From the NCBI GenBank assembly GCA_963810095.1, contig CAWEMM010000009.1:128001-192000 (forward strand): a DNA stretch of 64,000 nt. The letters are read 5' to 3'. This document shows, piece by piece, positions 30,235-40,739 of this stretch. Source of the stretch: an uncultured Chloroflexia bacterium (GTDB lineage: Bacteria > Chloroflexota > Anaerolineae > CG2-30-64-16). Both the position numbers and the translations under genes were made by a program. The notes beneath the pieces were generated by a model. The model was not told the origin of the DNA, made no database searches, and saw only the letters and a list, made by a program, of their open reading frames with translations. How positions within the stretch are numbered: the stretch's first letter is position 1; the number at the start of each line of letters is the position of its first letter.

Positions 30235-30392
30235 AATGCTCTCCTTATTCTAGGGTGTGGACCGGTGTCCGGGTTTAGGGACAAGCCCTCAGCAGAAGGA
30301 CGCTTTCAGGTGTATCCGCTCTGACAGAGGACTCAAACGGTCTTGTTCCGTGCGTGTCCCGCCAGCGCAGGAGCGCTGGAAACTACAGTCGC

Positions 30393-30448
30393 ATGATACA
30401 GCTTTGTCCCCGCTCTGGACAGACCCAAAAGGGTGTACTTGCGGGTGA
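30393..30448 (-). promoter_or_regulatory. island motif site 4 plus -10
   Basis: Minus strand TCACCCG-CAAG-TACACCC-TTTT-GGGTCT, 22 nt, TATCAT. Confidence 0.78.
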
Positions 30449-30462
30449 TTATGAGCCGGCCG

Positions 30463-31090
30463 CTACTTTTTGGGCGCGGGGACCGCGGGCAGTTGCTCGA
30501 TGGCTTTCTTGTCGAGCTTTAGGTAGACGACGTCGCCTTCGACATGGTCCACCTGCTCCAGCGGGATCGTGACATCTCGCTTGCCCCAGAAATGCCCCTT
30601 GCGCAGGACCAGGTGCGACACGACGCCGGTCGCCGGCTCGATGATCAATTCCTCCACCTTGCCGACGTCGCCGTCCGCTGCTTCGACGCGCGCGTCTTGA
30701 TGGATCGCCAGCTCGTTCAGCCCCACCTGTTCCTGCTCCATCGTGGCGTTCGACAAGGCTTCCACCATGTAGGCTGCGTCGGGCGAGGTGTAGGGGCCCA
30801 TCACGTTTGCGCCCGCCATCGAGTCGGCCAGCCTGGCCAACTGCTCCTCATCGGCCGGCACTTCTATGACGAAGGGCTCCGCGCCGGCCAGCTGGGCGCA
30901 GGTCCAGCTCAAGTCGATGCGCACAGCCGAGCTGCTTGCGATGGCCTCGACCGGGACCCGCAGCTCGAGTTCCTCGACTGCAACCACGAAGTGGGTTACT
31001 TTTCTGGTTGGCCGGTCTACAACGATCGCGGTGCTGCGACCGCCCGGGTCCGTCGGAACAAAAAACCTGCACGTTCAATGGGATATCCAT
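30463..31090 (-). CDS. PRC-barrel domain protein (frameshifted near 31000-31040)
   Basis: MDIPLNVQVFCSDG start; second barrel ARVEAADGDVGKVEELII...SHLVLRKGHFWG. Confidence 0.78.
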
Positions 31091-31165
31091 GCGTCACAGC
31101 TCCTTCTTGAGTCGGTGGGGCGCGCTCTGCGCGCGCGTCGCACTGGATCGTCGTCCACCGCTGCC

Positions 31166-31221
31166 AGTATCGCGCAGACGGCGGCCGTCCGACAGACCTA
31201 AAAGGGTGTAGTCGGGGCGTA
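31166..31221 (-). promoter_or_regulatory. island motif site 5 plus -10
   Basis: Minus strand TACGCCC-CGAC-TACACCC-TTTT-AGGTCT, 22 nt, GATACT. Confidence 0.78.
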
Positions 31222-31256
31222 TTCGGGAAGAAACGGGGATGCGCCGGTCGAGCGGG

Positions 31257-34144
31257 TCAGGAAGACGAGGCGGGCGAAGACGGCCGGATGAGCTCGAGTT
31301 CAACGGCCTGTGCCACCGCCTCACGGCGGCCGCCGACCGACAGCTTCTGGTAAATGTTGACGGTGTGACGCTTAACCGTCATGGGGGAGATGGACAACTC
31401 CTTGGCGATTTCCTTGTTGCTGAGCCGTTCGTTAAGCAACGCCAGCACTTCGAGCTCGCGTTCGGAGAGCGGCTCGATGAGCCCCGCCTGGCCGTTCTGG
31501 CCGACCTTGTGCCCCGCCGGCGCCGTGTTGAAGTCGCCGGCCTTGTTGTCTCGGAGGGCCGCAGGAGCCACGGGCGCGTTGCGCAGGGCCGGTTGGGGTT
31601 GCGGCGTCTCGCCGAAGGCCGCCAGGAGGGAGTCGACGTACTCGGCCGTCTCATCCCGGGCAGCAAGCTGGCGGAGGAGCGCTGCCATGTTGGGACCCAA
31701 GTCGACGAAGACACGGACGAGGCCGCCGCGTCCAGCCAGGCGCACGGCCTGTGCGAGGGTCTCCAGCGCCGTTGCCCGATTCCGGCGGGCGTCGTGCAGC
31801 AGGGCCTCGAGCGCAAGCGCTTCGATTCAGAAAGCGCGTGTTGTGAGTGCTCTGGAGCGCCGCGCGCAGCTCGGTTAGCATGCGCCCGGCTTCGTCCAGG
31901 CCGGCCTGCGTTCCCTTGCCCAGCAGCACCTCGACCAGCGCGAGCGGCGAGGCGTAGAAAACGGGCAGCGCAGTAGCCCGGACCGTGTGATCTGCGCGCT
32001 GGGCCCAGCTTTCCGCATCCGCCAAGCCGCGATTGGAGCAGCGCAAGGTGCGCCGCGTACGCCTCAGCGTCGCGCTCCAGGCTGGGATTACCCGCTGCGG
32101 TTGCATGGGCGTACACGAGCGCCACGACGGCCCTCGGCACGTTCGGGCAAGCCCTGGGCCTGGTAGACGGATGCGAGACCAAACCCACTCTGCATCACGA
32201 CCAGCGCATAGGCTTCATGGCGGCGATCGAGAACGAACGCGAAGTGTTCCTCGGCACCGGTAAGGTCGTTAAGCGATGTAGCGTCCGCATCCGAGATAGA
32301 AGTCCGCGCGGGTTAGGCTGTCGGGAAGGTCCGCGTCGCGGGCCGCCGTCAGCAGGCGGTTGGCGGTCTGAAGCAGGGTTGCGGGATCGGCTTCCATCCA
32401 GTAGGCTGCGCACAGGATCATGAGCAGGCGTCCCTGGGCAGCGCTGCCGTGCAGCCTGTCGTCCTGCAACGCGTTCTCGAGCACCGCCACACCCTCTTGC
32501 AGCCGGCCTTGCATCTGGAGTGCGCCAAGGTAGTATGTGAGCGCCGCCGCACCGCGCATAGCCCCACTCGCGCGGAACGAGGCCGAGCGCACGCTCGGCC
32601 AGGGCGAGCGTGCGGGACGCATCCCCTGACCAATAGGTGACCTGAGAGCGCAGGGCGGCGATCTCCCCCTGCAATTGTCGCGCAACTGTCTCGGATGGCG
32701 GGCACTGCTCCATGGCCGCCTCGATTTCGTCGAGGCACACGGCCAGGTCGGATAAGTGGAAGCGGCCGTGCAGCGTCCATGCCTTCAGCATCATCATTTC
32801 GGGCCGGGTGTCGACCAGCCGTTGTGGCGCAAGGCTTAGCCAGTGTTCCAGTTGGCCGAATTGCTCCCGGTTCAGCATCTCGTGGCGGTGCTCCTGCACC
32901 ATCTGCACCACTGCGTCCTCGTCGCCTGCCGCAAGCGCGTGTTGGATCGCCTCGGCCACCAGGCCATTCTGTGCAAACCACGCACTGGCTCGCCCGTGCA
33001 GCGCGGCGAGTTCGCTTGCGTCGCACCGCCGTTCAAGCTGGCTGCGCAGCAGCTTCTGGAACAGTTGGTGATAACGATACCAGTTACCCTGCGCATCGAG
33101 CGAGAAAGTGAACAGGTTCTGTGCCGCCAGCCACTCGAGGTACGCCTGACCGTCCCACTGTGAACCGGCCTGCCCGGCCACCGCGTCGCAAAGCGGCCCG
33201 GAAAGCCGCGGCAGGATCGAGGTCGTCAGGAGAAACTCGTAGGTGGCAACGGGAATGTGCGCGAACACTTCGTTCAGCAGGTAATCCAGGACATAGCGGC
33301 TATTTACCGCCAGCTCGGGGCTGGAGACATCGCCGCCCGCGGTCAGCGCCAATGCGGCGAGCCGCAGACCGGTAACCCAGCCCTCGGTCCATTCTGCAAG
33401 CGAATTGACGGCTGGCGCATCGAGCGGAACGCCGAGCGTCTGCTCCATGAATGCGGCGATCTCGGCCGGCGTGAAGCGCAGCTCGCGCACCCGGATTTCT
33501 GCCAGCTCGCCCCGTGCCCGCAGCGCATGCAGCGGGATCCGTGGGTCTTGCCGCGTGCTGATGACAAGGTGCAGGCTGCGGGGAGGGTGGCGCAGGATCT
33601 CGCCGAGCAGCGAGTGCACCTCTTGGCCCTGGACGTTCTGATAGTCGTCAAGCACCAGGACAAAGCGTTGTGGCGCGCCGGGTTCAGAGTCCTCGGCCAG
33701 GCGGTCAAGATCATTGGCGAGTGCGGTGACAAACGAGGCGAGCGGCGGACGAGCGGGCGCCTGGAGCAAGCTTAAGGTATCGGCACACGAGTCGGGATAC
33801 AATGAGCGCACACTCGCGACGAAGTATCTGAGGAACAGGGTCAGGTCACTGTCGCTTTCGTCGAGCGACAACCAGGCGTTGGGAAATGGGGCGGCGCTGA
33901 GCCAATCGCTGAGCAGCGTGGTCTTGCCGAAACCCGCGGGCGCACAGACGAGCGTGAGGGTGCGCTCGATATTGCGGTCGAGAGTGTCGCGTACACGCTG
34001 CCGGCGGATCAGGTCGCCCGTGGCGCGGGGGCGATACAGTTTCGTCCGCAGTAGATTTAGCGGTAGCGCTTTGCCTGCCAAGAGATTCCATCCAGTGCTA
34101 CGGGATTCGGTCGGGAACACGGCGGCAGTGAGTTGCCGCATCAT
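31257..34144 (-). CDS. MalT-like (STAND ATPase-TPR-LuxR) transcriptional regulator; several frameshifts
   Basis: LRTKLYRP, APAGFGKTT, LVLDDY, TEGWVTGLRL, WYRYHQLF; C-terminal LSERELEVL...SNKEIA...TVKRH LuxR HTH; start uncertain. Confidence 0.88.
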
Positions 34145-34436
34145 CCTAGCACGACCGGCCAGGAATGGCAAGCGTGCATGCAAGAGACTGCCTCGCACGA
34201 TTTTGGTTCAGCAAAATACGCTGTAGCACCAACCCTTGACGGCTCCCGCTCTCCGCCTGGCGGCGGTGCCCGAGCGGCCTTGCAGGACTTAGCATCTCTT
34301 CATCCGGGATTAATCACGCTAGCCATCTGTCCATTGTAAGAGTGAGACAAATCGACTATCATGGAGGCGCGACCCACGCGAGTTTTGACGCGTACGCGTC
34401 ATGCGCCGGGCAGGGCGCCCACGGAGGTAAAGTCAC

Positions 34437-35678
34437 ATGCCCGATTCAGCCCCAACTACCGTCGACCAGTCTCGGGAAGCCTGGCGGAATCTTTGGACCA
34501 AAATCGCAAGCATCACCCCCAAGCAGGCGGGGCGGCTGGCGCTGGCGCTTGGCGCTGTCGCAGTTGCGGTCTGGGTCGCAGTCGCCTCCTGGCCCGCGCT
34601 GCTGCCATTCATCGTCGGTGGGGTGATCGCATATACGGTGCTGCCGCTTGTCAACGCGCTGGACAAATTCTTGCCCCGGTTCGTGGCCTCGCTGCTCGGG
34701 GTGCTATTTGCCGTTGCTGCACTGGTCGGGCTGGCCTACGTGATCGTGCCGCCGCTCGTGACCGAGCTTCTGCGACTGATCGACGCTCTGCCCGACGAGG
34801 CTCAGATCCAAGCAATCTCGCAACAGATCGCGGCGGCCCCTCGGTTCATACTGCTTCCACGGGTTGTCCAGGTGCAGTTGCTCGACATCGTCGCCAACAC
34901 ACTCGGCCGGCTGCAGCCAGCGGCCGAAAGTATCCTGCCCTCGCTTCTGAGCGATAGCCCGATTCTGACGCTCGTCAACACCTTCAGCAACGTGCTCGGC
35001 CTGATCGTGCTGCCCACCTGGGCGCTTTCGTTGCTCAAGGATCAGCCGCGTGCCTGGCCGAGCGTCGCCAACGTGCTGCCACCCGGCATGCGCCGGGATG
35101 CCCGTGCGTATGTGCGCATTCTGGACAACGCCTTCGGCACGTTCTTCCGCGGGCAAATCATTGTTGGCTTTGCGGTCGGGCTCGCAACCTACGCCGGCTT
35201 GTACCTGCTCGATCAGTACACCGCGATCGATATCCGGTACAAGCTGCCCCTCGCGGTGTTGGCGGGCTTTCTGCAGCTGATTCCCGAAGTCGGGCCGATG
35301 CTCAATATCATCGGCACGACGCTGCTGGCCCTGCTCGCTCTTGGCCGCCTGCCCGCGCTCGAGGTCCTGCTGCTGTACCTCGGCATCCAGTGGCTCACGG
35401 GGAAACTGTTGGCCGATCGCTACTCGAACAGATTGCTCGACGCACACCCCGCGGTGCTCGTGATCGTGATCGTCGCACTAACCCAGCTCGGACCCTTATG
35501 GTTTTTCCTCGCTGCACCGCTTGCCTCGGTGTCGCGGGACATGTGGCGATACACCTACGGCCGGCTCAGAGAGCCGAGTTTGCCCGCGGGCCTCTTGCCT
35601 GCCCAGCGTGATGCCTATCAGCGTACTCTCGAGCAGCAAACAGCCCGCCCGCTGCCTGCTGCTTATCGCAGGCGCTAG
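34437..35678 (+). CDS. AI-2E family transporter
   Basis: LPFIVGGVIAYTVLPLV, FFRGQ, LIPEVGP, HPAV and FLAAP motifs. Confidence 0.85.
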   Translation: MPDSAPTTVDQSREAWRNLWTKIASITPKQAGRLALALGAVAVAVWVAVASWPALLPFIVGGVIAYTVLPLVNALDKFLPRFVASLLGVLFAVAALVGLAYVIVPPLVTELLRLIDALPDEAQIQAISQQIAAAPRFILLPRVVQVQLLDIVANTLGRLQPAAESILPSLLSDSPILTLVNTFSNVLGLIVLPTWALSLLKDQPRAWPSVANVLPPGMRRDARAYVRILDNAFGTFFRGQIIVGFAVGLATYAGLYLLDQYTAIDIRYKLPLAVLAGFLQLIPEVGPMLNIIGTTLLALLALGRLPALEVLLLYLGIQWLTGKLLADRYSNRLLDAHPAVLVIVIVALTQLGPLWFFLAAPLASVSRDMWRYTYGRLREPSLPAGLLPAQRDAYQRTLEQQTARPLPAAYRRR

Positions 35679-35704
35679 ACCGAAGGCCCCAGGAGGAAGG
35701 AATC

Positions 35705-36793
35705 ATGGCGAACAACGATACGTACGAGATTGATCCGAACACACTCCAACCCCAGCTCACCCAGGCGCGGGTGCCGCTGGATGAGGCGGGCGATGCATTG
35801 ATGGTGCGCGATGCCAGCGGCCGCATTCCTATCGTGGTGATACCGAAGCGCACCAGTCGGGTGAACCCCTGGCTGGTCCTGGCCGGCGCGGCCGCCATCG
35901 TGGCGGGCGCAGTCGCGACGGCCAACTACGATACGGCGCTGTGGGTTGGTATTGCGCTCCCCGCCGGCGCCTTATTGATCTTTTTTGGCCTCTTCCAGGC
36001 GTTCAGGGTGATGGTGCCCGAGGGTGCGAACGCCCTGTTGTTGCGCGGGGGCAAGTACTACAAGACGCTCGACAGCGGCATGCACTGGGTTCTGCCCTAT
36101 TACCCGGTCTCGCACCTGATCACTCGCCGCGTCATTCCGTTCGATGTGCCCGCCTATGTCAGCCCCACGGGTGACAATGTCCCGGCCACAGTCGACACGC
36201 TGGTCATGTTTCATATTGCGGACCCCTACAAGTTCGTATACCGAATCTCGGCCGACGACTTCGATCACGTCTTTCTCGCGGCCTGCCAGGATGCCTTACG
36301 CCAACTGGTGCGCTCCATCCCCTGGCACGACGTGCTTAACCTGAGCCAGGCAAGCACGGCCACCCTGCGCGCGGCTATCGCCGCCGACGTCGACGACTAC
36401 GGCGTCGAGGTCGACAGGGTCAACATCACCTATGCGGCGCCCCCCCTGGACTTCATGAAATCACAGGAGATGCGCGAGCTCTGGACCGTGCAGAAGGCCG
36501 AGGTGGGCCAGCGCCAGTTGCTCGAGGTGGAGCGGGTGGAGCAGGAAGCCGCGGCGGAGGCGCTCCGCCTTCAGAGGCTGCAGGAGCGGCTCGAGCACTT
36601 CCCCGAAGCAACCCGGTGGGAATGGGAAGGCGTCAAGCTCGAAGTGGCCCGCTCGCTGGCCGGCAACACCCGGGCGTTTGTACAGCTCGGCGAAGGCACC
36701 GATATTGCGCGGGCGTTCGTGGCTTCTGAGTTGATGGCTGGCAATCGGGTCGAGGATGCCGCGCTGGCGGCGAGCAAGATTCCGGCGGAATGA
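35705..36793 (+). CDS. SPFH/Band 7 domain membrane protein
   Basis: Two TM helices, then VPEG...GKY...LDSGMHWVLP and YGVEVDRVNI. Confidence 0.82.
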   Translation: MANNDTYEIDPNTLQPQLTQARVPLDEAGDALMVRDASGRIPIVVIPKRTSRVNPWLVLAGAAAIVAGAVATANYDTALWVGIALPAGALLIFFGLFQAFRVMVPEGANALLLRGGKYYKTLDSGMHWVLPYYPVSHLITRRVIPFDVPAYVSPTGDNVPATVDTLVMFHIADPYKFVYRISADDFDHVFLAACQDALRQLVRSIPWHDVLNLSQASTATLRAAIAADVDDYGVEVDRVNITYAAPPLDFMKSQEMRELWTVQKAEVGQRQLLEVERVEQEAAAEALRLQRLQERLEHFPEATRWEWEGVKLEVARSLAGNTRAFVQLGEGTDIARAFVASELMAGNRVEDAALAASKIPAE

Positions 36794-36809
36794 GCCGGGA
36801 GGGCCGGGG

Positions 36810-37190
36810 CTAACGGTCGTGCTTCGCCGCCGTTTCGCCTAGCACCCGCCGGCAGGCCGCAAGGAGCGCGTCGGGCGGGTCACCCTTGTAAACAAAATCG
36901 TCTGCCCCAACGGCCAGGGCCGGTTGTCTCGCTTCGGGACGCCGGCCCATTATGATTAACTTGGGGGCCGGTGCCCGTCCACGGCGGCCGCAGAGTAGCG
37001 CAGGAGCCGGCCGCCCCGGCAAGTCCCAGTCGAGCAGCACCAGGTGGGGCCGAAAAATGCGCAGTTGCTCGACCAGGCTGTCGAGATCAAGGCATTCCGC
37101 GACGATGACGGGCCCCGGCTCCTGCGAAAGCAGGACGTGCAGCGCCGAGCGCACTCGGATGTCCCCGTCAGCTACGAGTATTCGCATCAT
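36810..37190 (-). CDS. single-domain response regulator
   Basis: RILVAD, PHLVLLDWDLPG, GADDFVYKG; no output domain. Confidence 0.82.
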   Translation of the reverse strand: MMRILVADGDIRVRSALHVLLSQEPGPVIVAECLDLDSLVEQLRIFRPHLVLLDWDLPGRPAPALLCGRRGRAPAPKLIIMGRRPEARQPALAVGADDFVYKGDPPDALLAACRRVLGETAAKHDR

Positions 37191-37220
37191 CTGAACGCGT
37201 CTTCCAGCCCTTCGCCATTA

Positions 37221-37328
37221 GAATCTATCCGGAAATGCTCTGGCCGGTCTCGTACGCCAGCTTCGCTGGCGCCCGGGCCAGACGGGGCACGGTCAGAAAC
37301 CGGCCCCGGCTAATACTCGGATAGATAC
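37221..37328 (+). mobile_element. MITE-like element A, copy 1 (108 bp)
   Basis: Ends GAATCTATCCG...CGGATAGATAC, flanked by TTA on both sides; homologous to 47466-47573 and 60637-60746. Confidence 0.8.
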
Positions 37329-37344
37329 TTAGGAAGCTGCACGC

Positions 37345-37412
37345 ATTGTAAGAGGATGCGCAGGCGCGGACAACCTGCGTTCGTTTAGTGGGTCACTGGA
37401 TGAACGTTTAGT
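37345..37412 (-). promoter_or_regulatory. promoter with motif class II (ACT-N12-AGT-N5-ACT-N3-CGAACG)
   Basis: Minus strand: motif, then TTGTCC, 17 nt, TACAAT; same architecture at 39928-39995. Confidence 0.6.
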
Positions 37413-37515
37413 GTGGGGAGCCTATGGTCTGGACGGGGGTGCCAGGTACACCACCGGGGAGAGGCTTCAGCCCGTCTAGCCGGCCGAAGTCTCCACGACG
37501 TTGCCCGGCCCGGCG

Positions 37516-38157
37516 TCAGTCCAACAAACCGTGCTTAACCGCCAGCGCCGCAGCTTCGGCGCGGTTTGCTGCGCCGAGCTTGGCCAGGATTGCGCTGACG
37601 TGAAAGCGGACGGTCGAGAGCCCGAGGTACAGCTGCTTGGCAATCTCCTGGTTGCTGCGCCCCTGCACGACCAGTGCCAATACTTGACGCTGGCGGTCGG
37701 TCAGGTCTTCGATCAACTCGGGCCGCGCACTTTGGGCTTGGATGAGGGCCTGGGTTGCAGCTCGGTGCAGGGTGGATTGGCCCCGGCTGGCACTGCGCAC
37801 GGCTTGCGCTAACTCGTCAATCGCCACATCCTTCAGCAGGTAGCCGATCGCCCCCGCCTTGAGCGCATCCCGCACCAGCTGGGCCTCGTGAAAGCTGGAG
37901 AGCACGAGCACCTGCGTCGTCGGGTTCTGCTCCCTGATTTTCCGCGTCGCAGCCGAACCGTCCATGCCCGGCATCATCATGTCCATCACCACCACGTCAG
38001 GACGGTGCATATCACAGAGGCGGACTGCCTCGTCACCGTTGCTGGCTTCACCCACGACGCAGATATCGTCAAAGGCCCCCAGCGCGAAGGCAATGCCGCG
38101 CCGTACGACGGGATGATCGTCGACCACCAGTGTCCGAACCAGGTTGTTGTCATACAT
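37516..38157 (-). CDS. NarL/LiaR family response regulator
   Basis: VVDDHPVVR, PDVVVMD, GYLLKD; LuxR HTH LTDRQ...SNQEIA...TVRFHV. Confidence 0.93.
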   Translation of the reverse strand: MYDNNLVRTLVVDDHPVVRRGIAFALGAFDDICVVGEASNGDEAVRLCDMHRPDVVVMDMMMPGMDGSAATRKIREQNPTTQVLVLSSFHEAQLVRDALKAGAIGYLLKDVAIDELAQAVRSASRGQSTLHRAATQALIQAQSARPELIEDLTDRQRQVLALVVQGRSNQEIAKQLYLGLSTVRFHVSAILAKLGAANRAEAAALAVKHGLLD

Positions 38158-39838
38158 GCAGGTCACTCCTCCTGCGCGGTCGATAGCTGACGCGCACCTC
38201 GGTGCCCCGTCCCGGTGCGCTTCGGACGGTCAGTTTTGCCCCCATCTGTCTGGCCCGCTCCTGCATAATGCACAGGCCCATCTGGCCCTCTGCCCGCGCG
38301 TCAACTTCGAACCCGCAGCCATCGTCTACAATGGCCAGCCGGACCTCCTGCGACCGGGCCCGGTAGTCGACTTCAACGTGCGAGGCGGCAGCATGCTTCA
38401 CGACGTTGCTGAGCGCTTCCTGGGCGATCCGATAGAGGGCTAGCTTCACATCGGCCGGCGGTTCCACCTCTGCCACGGCATCGGTCATCACGGGGATCAG
38501 CAGTCGGGTCGCGGCAGCCTCCCCCAGCTGGCGTATCAGATCGGGTAGGGGCTTTTCGATCAGCGCTGCGGGACGCAGCTCCATGAGCAGCATGCGCATC
38601 TCTGCCAGTGCGCCGCGGGTCCACTGCCGCAATTCTGCCAGTGCCGCCCGCCCCGCAGCGGGATCACGCTCCCACACCCACGGCAATGCCTCGGCCACCA
38701 CGCTCGCGGAGAAGAGGGTCTGCGTGACCGCGTCATGCAGGTCCCTGGCGATGCGGCTGCGCTCATTTTCGATCGCGGTCTGTTCGGCGCGCTTGCGGAG
38801 CTCCGCATTGTCCACAGCCAGGCCGATTTGGCGGGCAAAGAGGTAGTTAAGCTCCACGTCGCCCTCGTCAAGGTCGTGCCGGTCGCCATGGTAGACGGCC
38901 AGGTAGCCGTAAAGCCTGTCTGCACACTGGATCGGCGTCGCGATCAGGCTGTGGGCGGGCGAGGAAGGCACGTGGGAAGCGCCTGGGGATGCCTGCGCCG
39001 CGTCCACAAGGGGGGTGTGGGTCACAACCACCCCCCGCGGCCGTGCCAGGGCTTGCGCCAGGACCGCCGGCGTGAGGACCTTGTCGATCGTCCCCTTCCG
39101 TGGGGGCCGCGCTTCAGACCCCGCCACGAGCACCGGGTGATCCCAGCCCTCCGCGACGGAGTAGATGGCGGCAGCCGAGCCGCCCGAGGTGGCGCGCACA
39201 CGCTCCACCATCGCATCGAGCGCATCATCGATGTGCCGTCCCGAGCTGGCAATTGCCAGGAGATCGGCCACGGCTTCCGCCGTGCGCTGACGGCTCTCGG
39301 CCGCAGCACGCGCGGTCTCTGCCTCGCGACAGGCGGATTCCGCCGCCTCCTTCGCTGCGCGCAACTCCGCCTCATTCAGCTTCTGCTGCGTGATGTTCTC
39401 ATGGGACACCACCACGTGGCGCGCACCGTCAAGCTCGAACGCCGTGACCTGCTGGAGGAAGTGGCAGCCGCCGGGGGTGTCGCATGAATACTCCACGCGG
39501 TAGGAGGCAGTCGAGCCCTGCAGCACCCCCCGGATGCCGCCTGCGATATTGGCAGTGCCCGGGTCGCTCTCGGCAGCCCGGTCAAGCGCTGCCAGATAGT
39601 TGAAGCCAACGCCATGACGGGGCCAACGCAAGCCGTTCTCGTCCGCATAACGGCGCCAAGGGTCGTTAACGGCAACGATGACGCCGCGGGCATCGAGCAC
39701 TGCCACACTGATACCCAACGCGCTCAGCGCCGAGGCAAGCGCAGGCGCAGGTGCAGAGAGCCTGCCGTTACCGCCCTCGAACGCGGCCGGCCGGCTGGGT
39801 TTGTGTTGGCCCGGCTTAAAAATGACTGTTGCGCTCAT
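38150..39838 (-). CDS. PAS/GAF sensor histidine kinase (HisKA_3)
   Basis: ERSRIARDLHDAVTQ, QEALSNVVKHA, DDGCGF, GLCIMQERA; no TM segment seen. Confidence 0.92.
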   Translation of the reverse strand: MSATVIFKPGQHKPSRPAAFEGGNGRLSAPAPALASALSALGISVAVLDARGVIVAVNDPWRRYADENGLRWPRHGVGFNYLAALDRAAESDPGTANIAGGIRGVLQGSTASYRVEYSCDTPGGCHFLQQVTAFELDGARHVVVSHENITQQKLNEAELRAAKEAAESACREAETARAAAESRQRTAEAVADLLAIASSGRHIDDALDAMVERVRATSGGSAAAIYSVAEGWDHPVLVAGSEARPPRKGTIDKVLTPAVLAQALARPRGVVVTHTPLVDAAQASPGASHVPSSPAHSLIATPIQCADRLYGYLAVYHGDRHDLDEGDVELNYLFARQIGLAVDNAELRKRAEQTAIENERSRIARDLHDAVTQTLFSASVVAEALPWVWERDPAAGRAALAELRQWTRGALAEMRMLLMELRPAALIEKPLPDLIRQLGEAAATRLLIPVMTDAVAEVEPPADVKLALYRIAQEALSNVVKHAAASHVEVDYRARSQEVRLAIVDDGCGFEVDARAEGQMGLCIMQERARQMGAKLTVRSAPGRGTEVRVSYRPRRRSDLHV

Positions 39839-39872
39839 CCGCAATCCATCGCATAATACAAAAGTCGCATGC

Positions 39873-39928
39873 AGTATCGGACCCGGGGCGATCATTCACA
39901 AGACCCGAAAGGGTGCAAAAAAGGAGTA
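39873..39928 (-). promoter_or_regulatory. island motif site 6 plus -10 (upstream of the kinase)
   Basis: Minus strand TACTCCT-TTTT-TGCACCC-TTTC-GGGTCT, 22 nt, GATACT. Confidence 0.75.
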
Positions 39929-39995
39929 CTGGCCTTTGATATAGTATGGGACTGGCCGAACGGTTGTTGTCAGCGCGCGACCGGCTGCTTATGTT
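39928..39995 (+). promoter_or_regulatory. promoter with motif class II upstream of the HdeD-like gene
   Basis: ACT-GGCCTTTGATAT-AGT-ATGGG-ACT-GGC-CGAACG-GTTG-TTGTCA, 17 nt, TATGTT. Confidence 0.6.
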
Positions 39996-40085
39996 CCTGA
40001 GGGTCGTTCCGCCAGCCGCGCCGTCAGTGCTCAGTGGGCGGGTTTTGTGCCCGTGTCACCTGATTTTTATCTCGAGGAGACACAC

Positions 40086-40698
40086 ATGACCGCAGAGGTG
40101 AAATCGAAAGCGACCCAGGGGGCTAAGCAGGCTGCGCCGTGGCGCAGAGGCATTCCCTGGGGCATCGTGCTGGCTGAGGGCATCGTTCTCTTGGCCGTAG
40201 GACTCTTTCTGCTCTTCGCCCCTCAACAGTCCGCACGCATCGTCGCCGAGATCCTGGCCGTCGTCCTAGGCGTCACCGGAGCGATCCAACTGATCGCTGC
40301 GCTGCGTGCGAAGCAGGAGGGACGGCTGGGCGAACTGAACACCCTGCCGCGGCGCCCTCGGCCTTGGCGTTGGCGCACTCATCCTGTTTCTTCTGCTGAT
40401 CAACGCGCTGTCCTTCCAGGCCGGACAGATCATCCTTGGCCTCGGTGCGCTGGCATACGGCGGTATCGGCCTCTACCTGGTCTATCTGACGCGTGAAAGC
40501 GGCGTGCGCCTCTTGCCGGCGATTGGCAACAGCCTCTGGGTGTTGTTCGGCGCGTTGCTCCTGATCGGCGCGGCCGGCAGCACACTCTTTACCTGGGTTG
40601 CCCAGTTGATAAACCTCGTCCTGCTCTTGGGCGGACTCTTCCTGATCGTCTGGGCGTTCGTCATCCGGAATGGCCGGAAATCTACCCCAGTTAGTTAG
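40086..40698 (+). CDS. HdeD/DUF308-like membrane protein (frameshifted near 40345)
   Basis: PWGIVLAEGIVLLAVG...GAIQLI; hydrophobic reading continues in another frame to the stop at 40698. Confidence 0.7.
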
Positions 40699-40739
40699 CA
40701 CAGGCGCCCGCGTCTCACCCGGAAAGGAGAACAGGTCAC

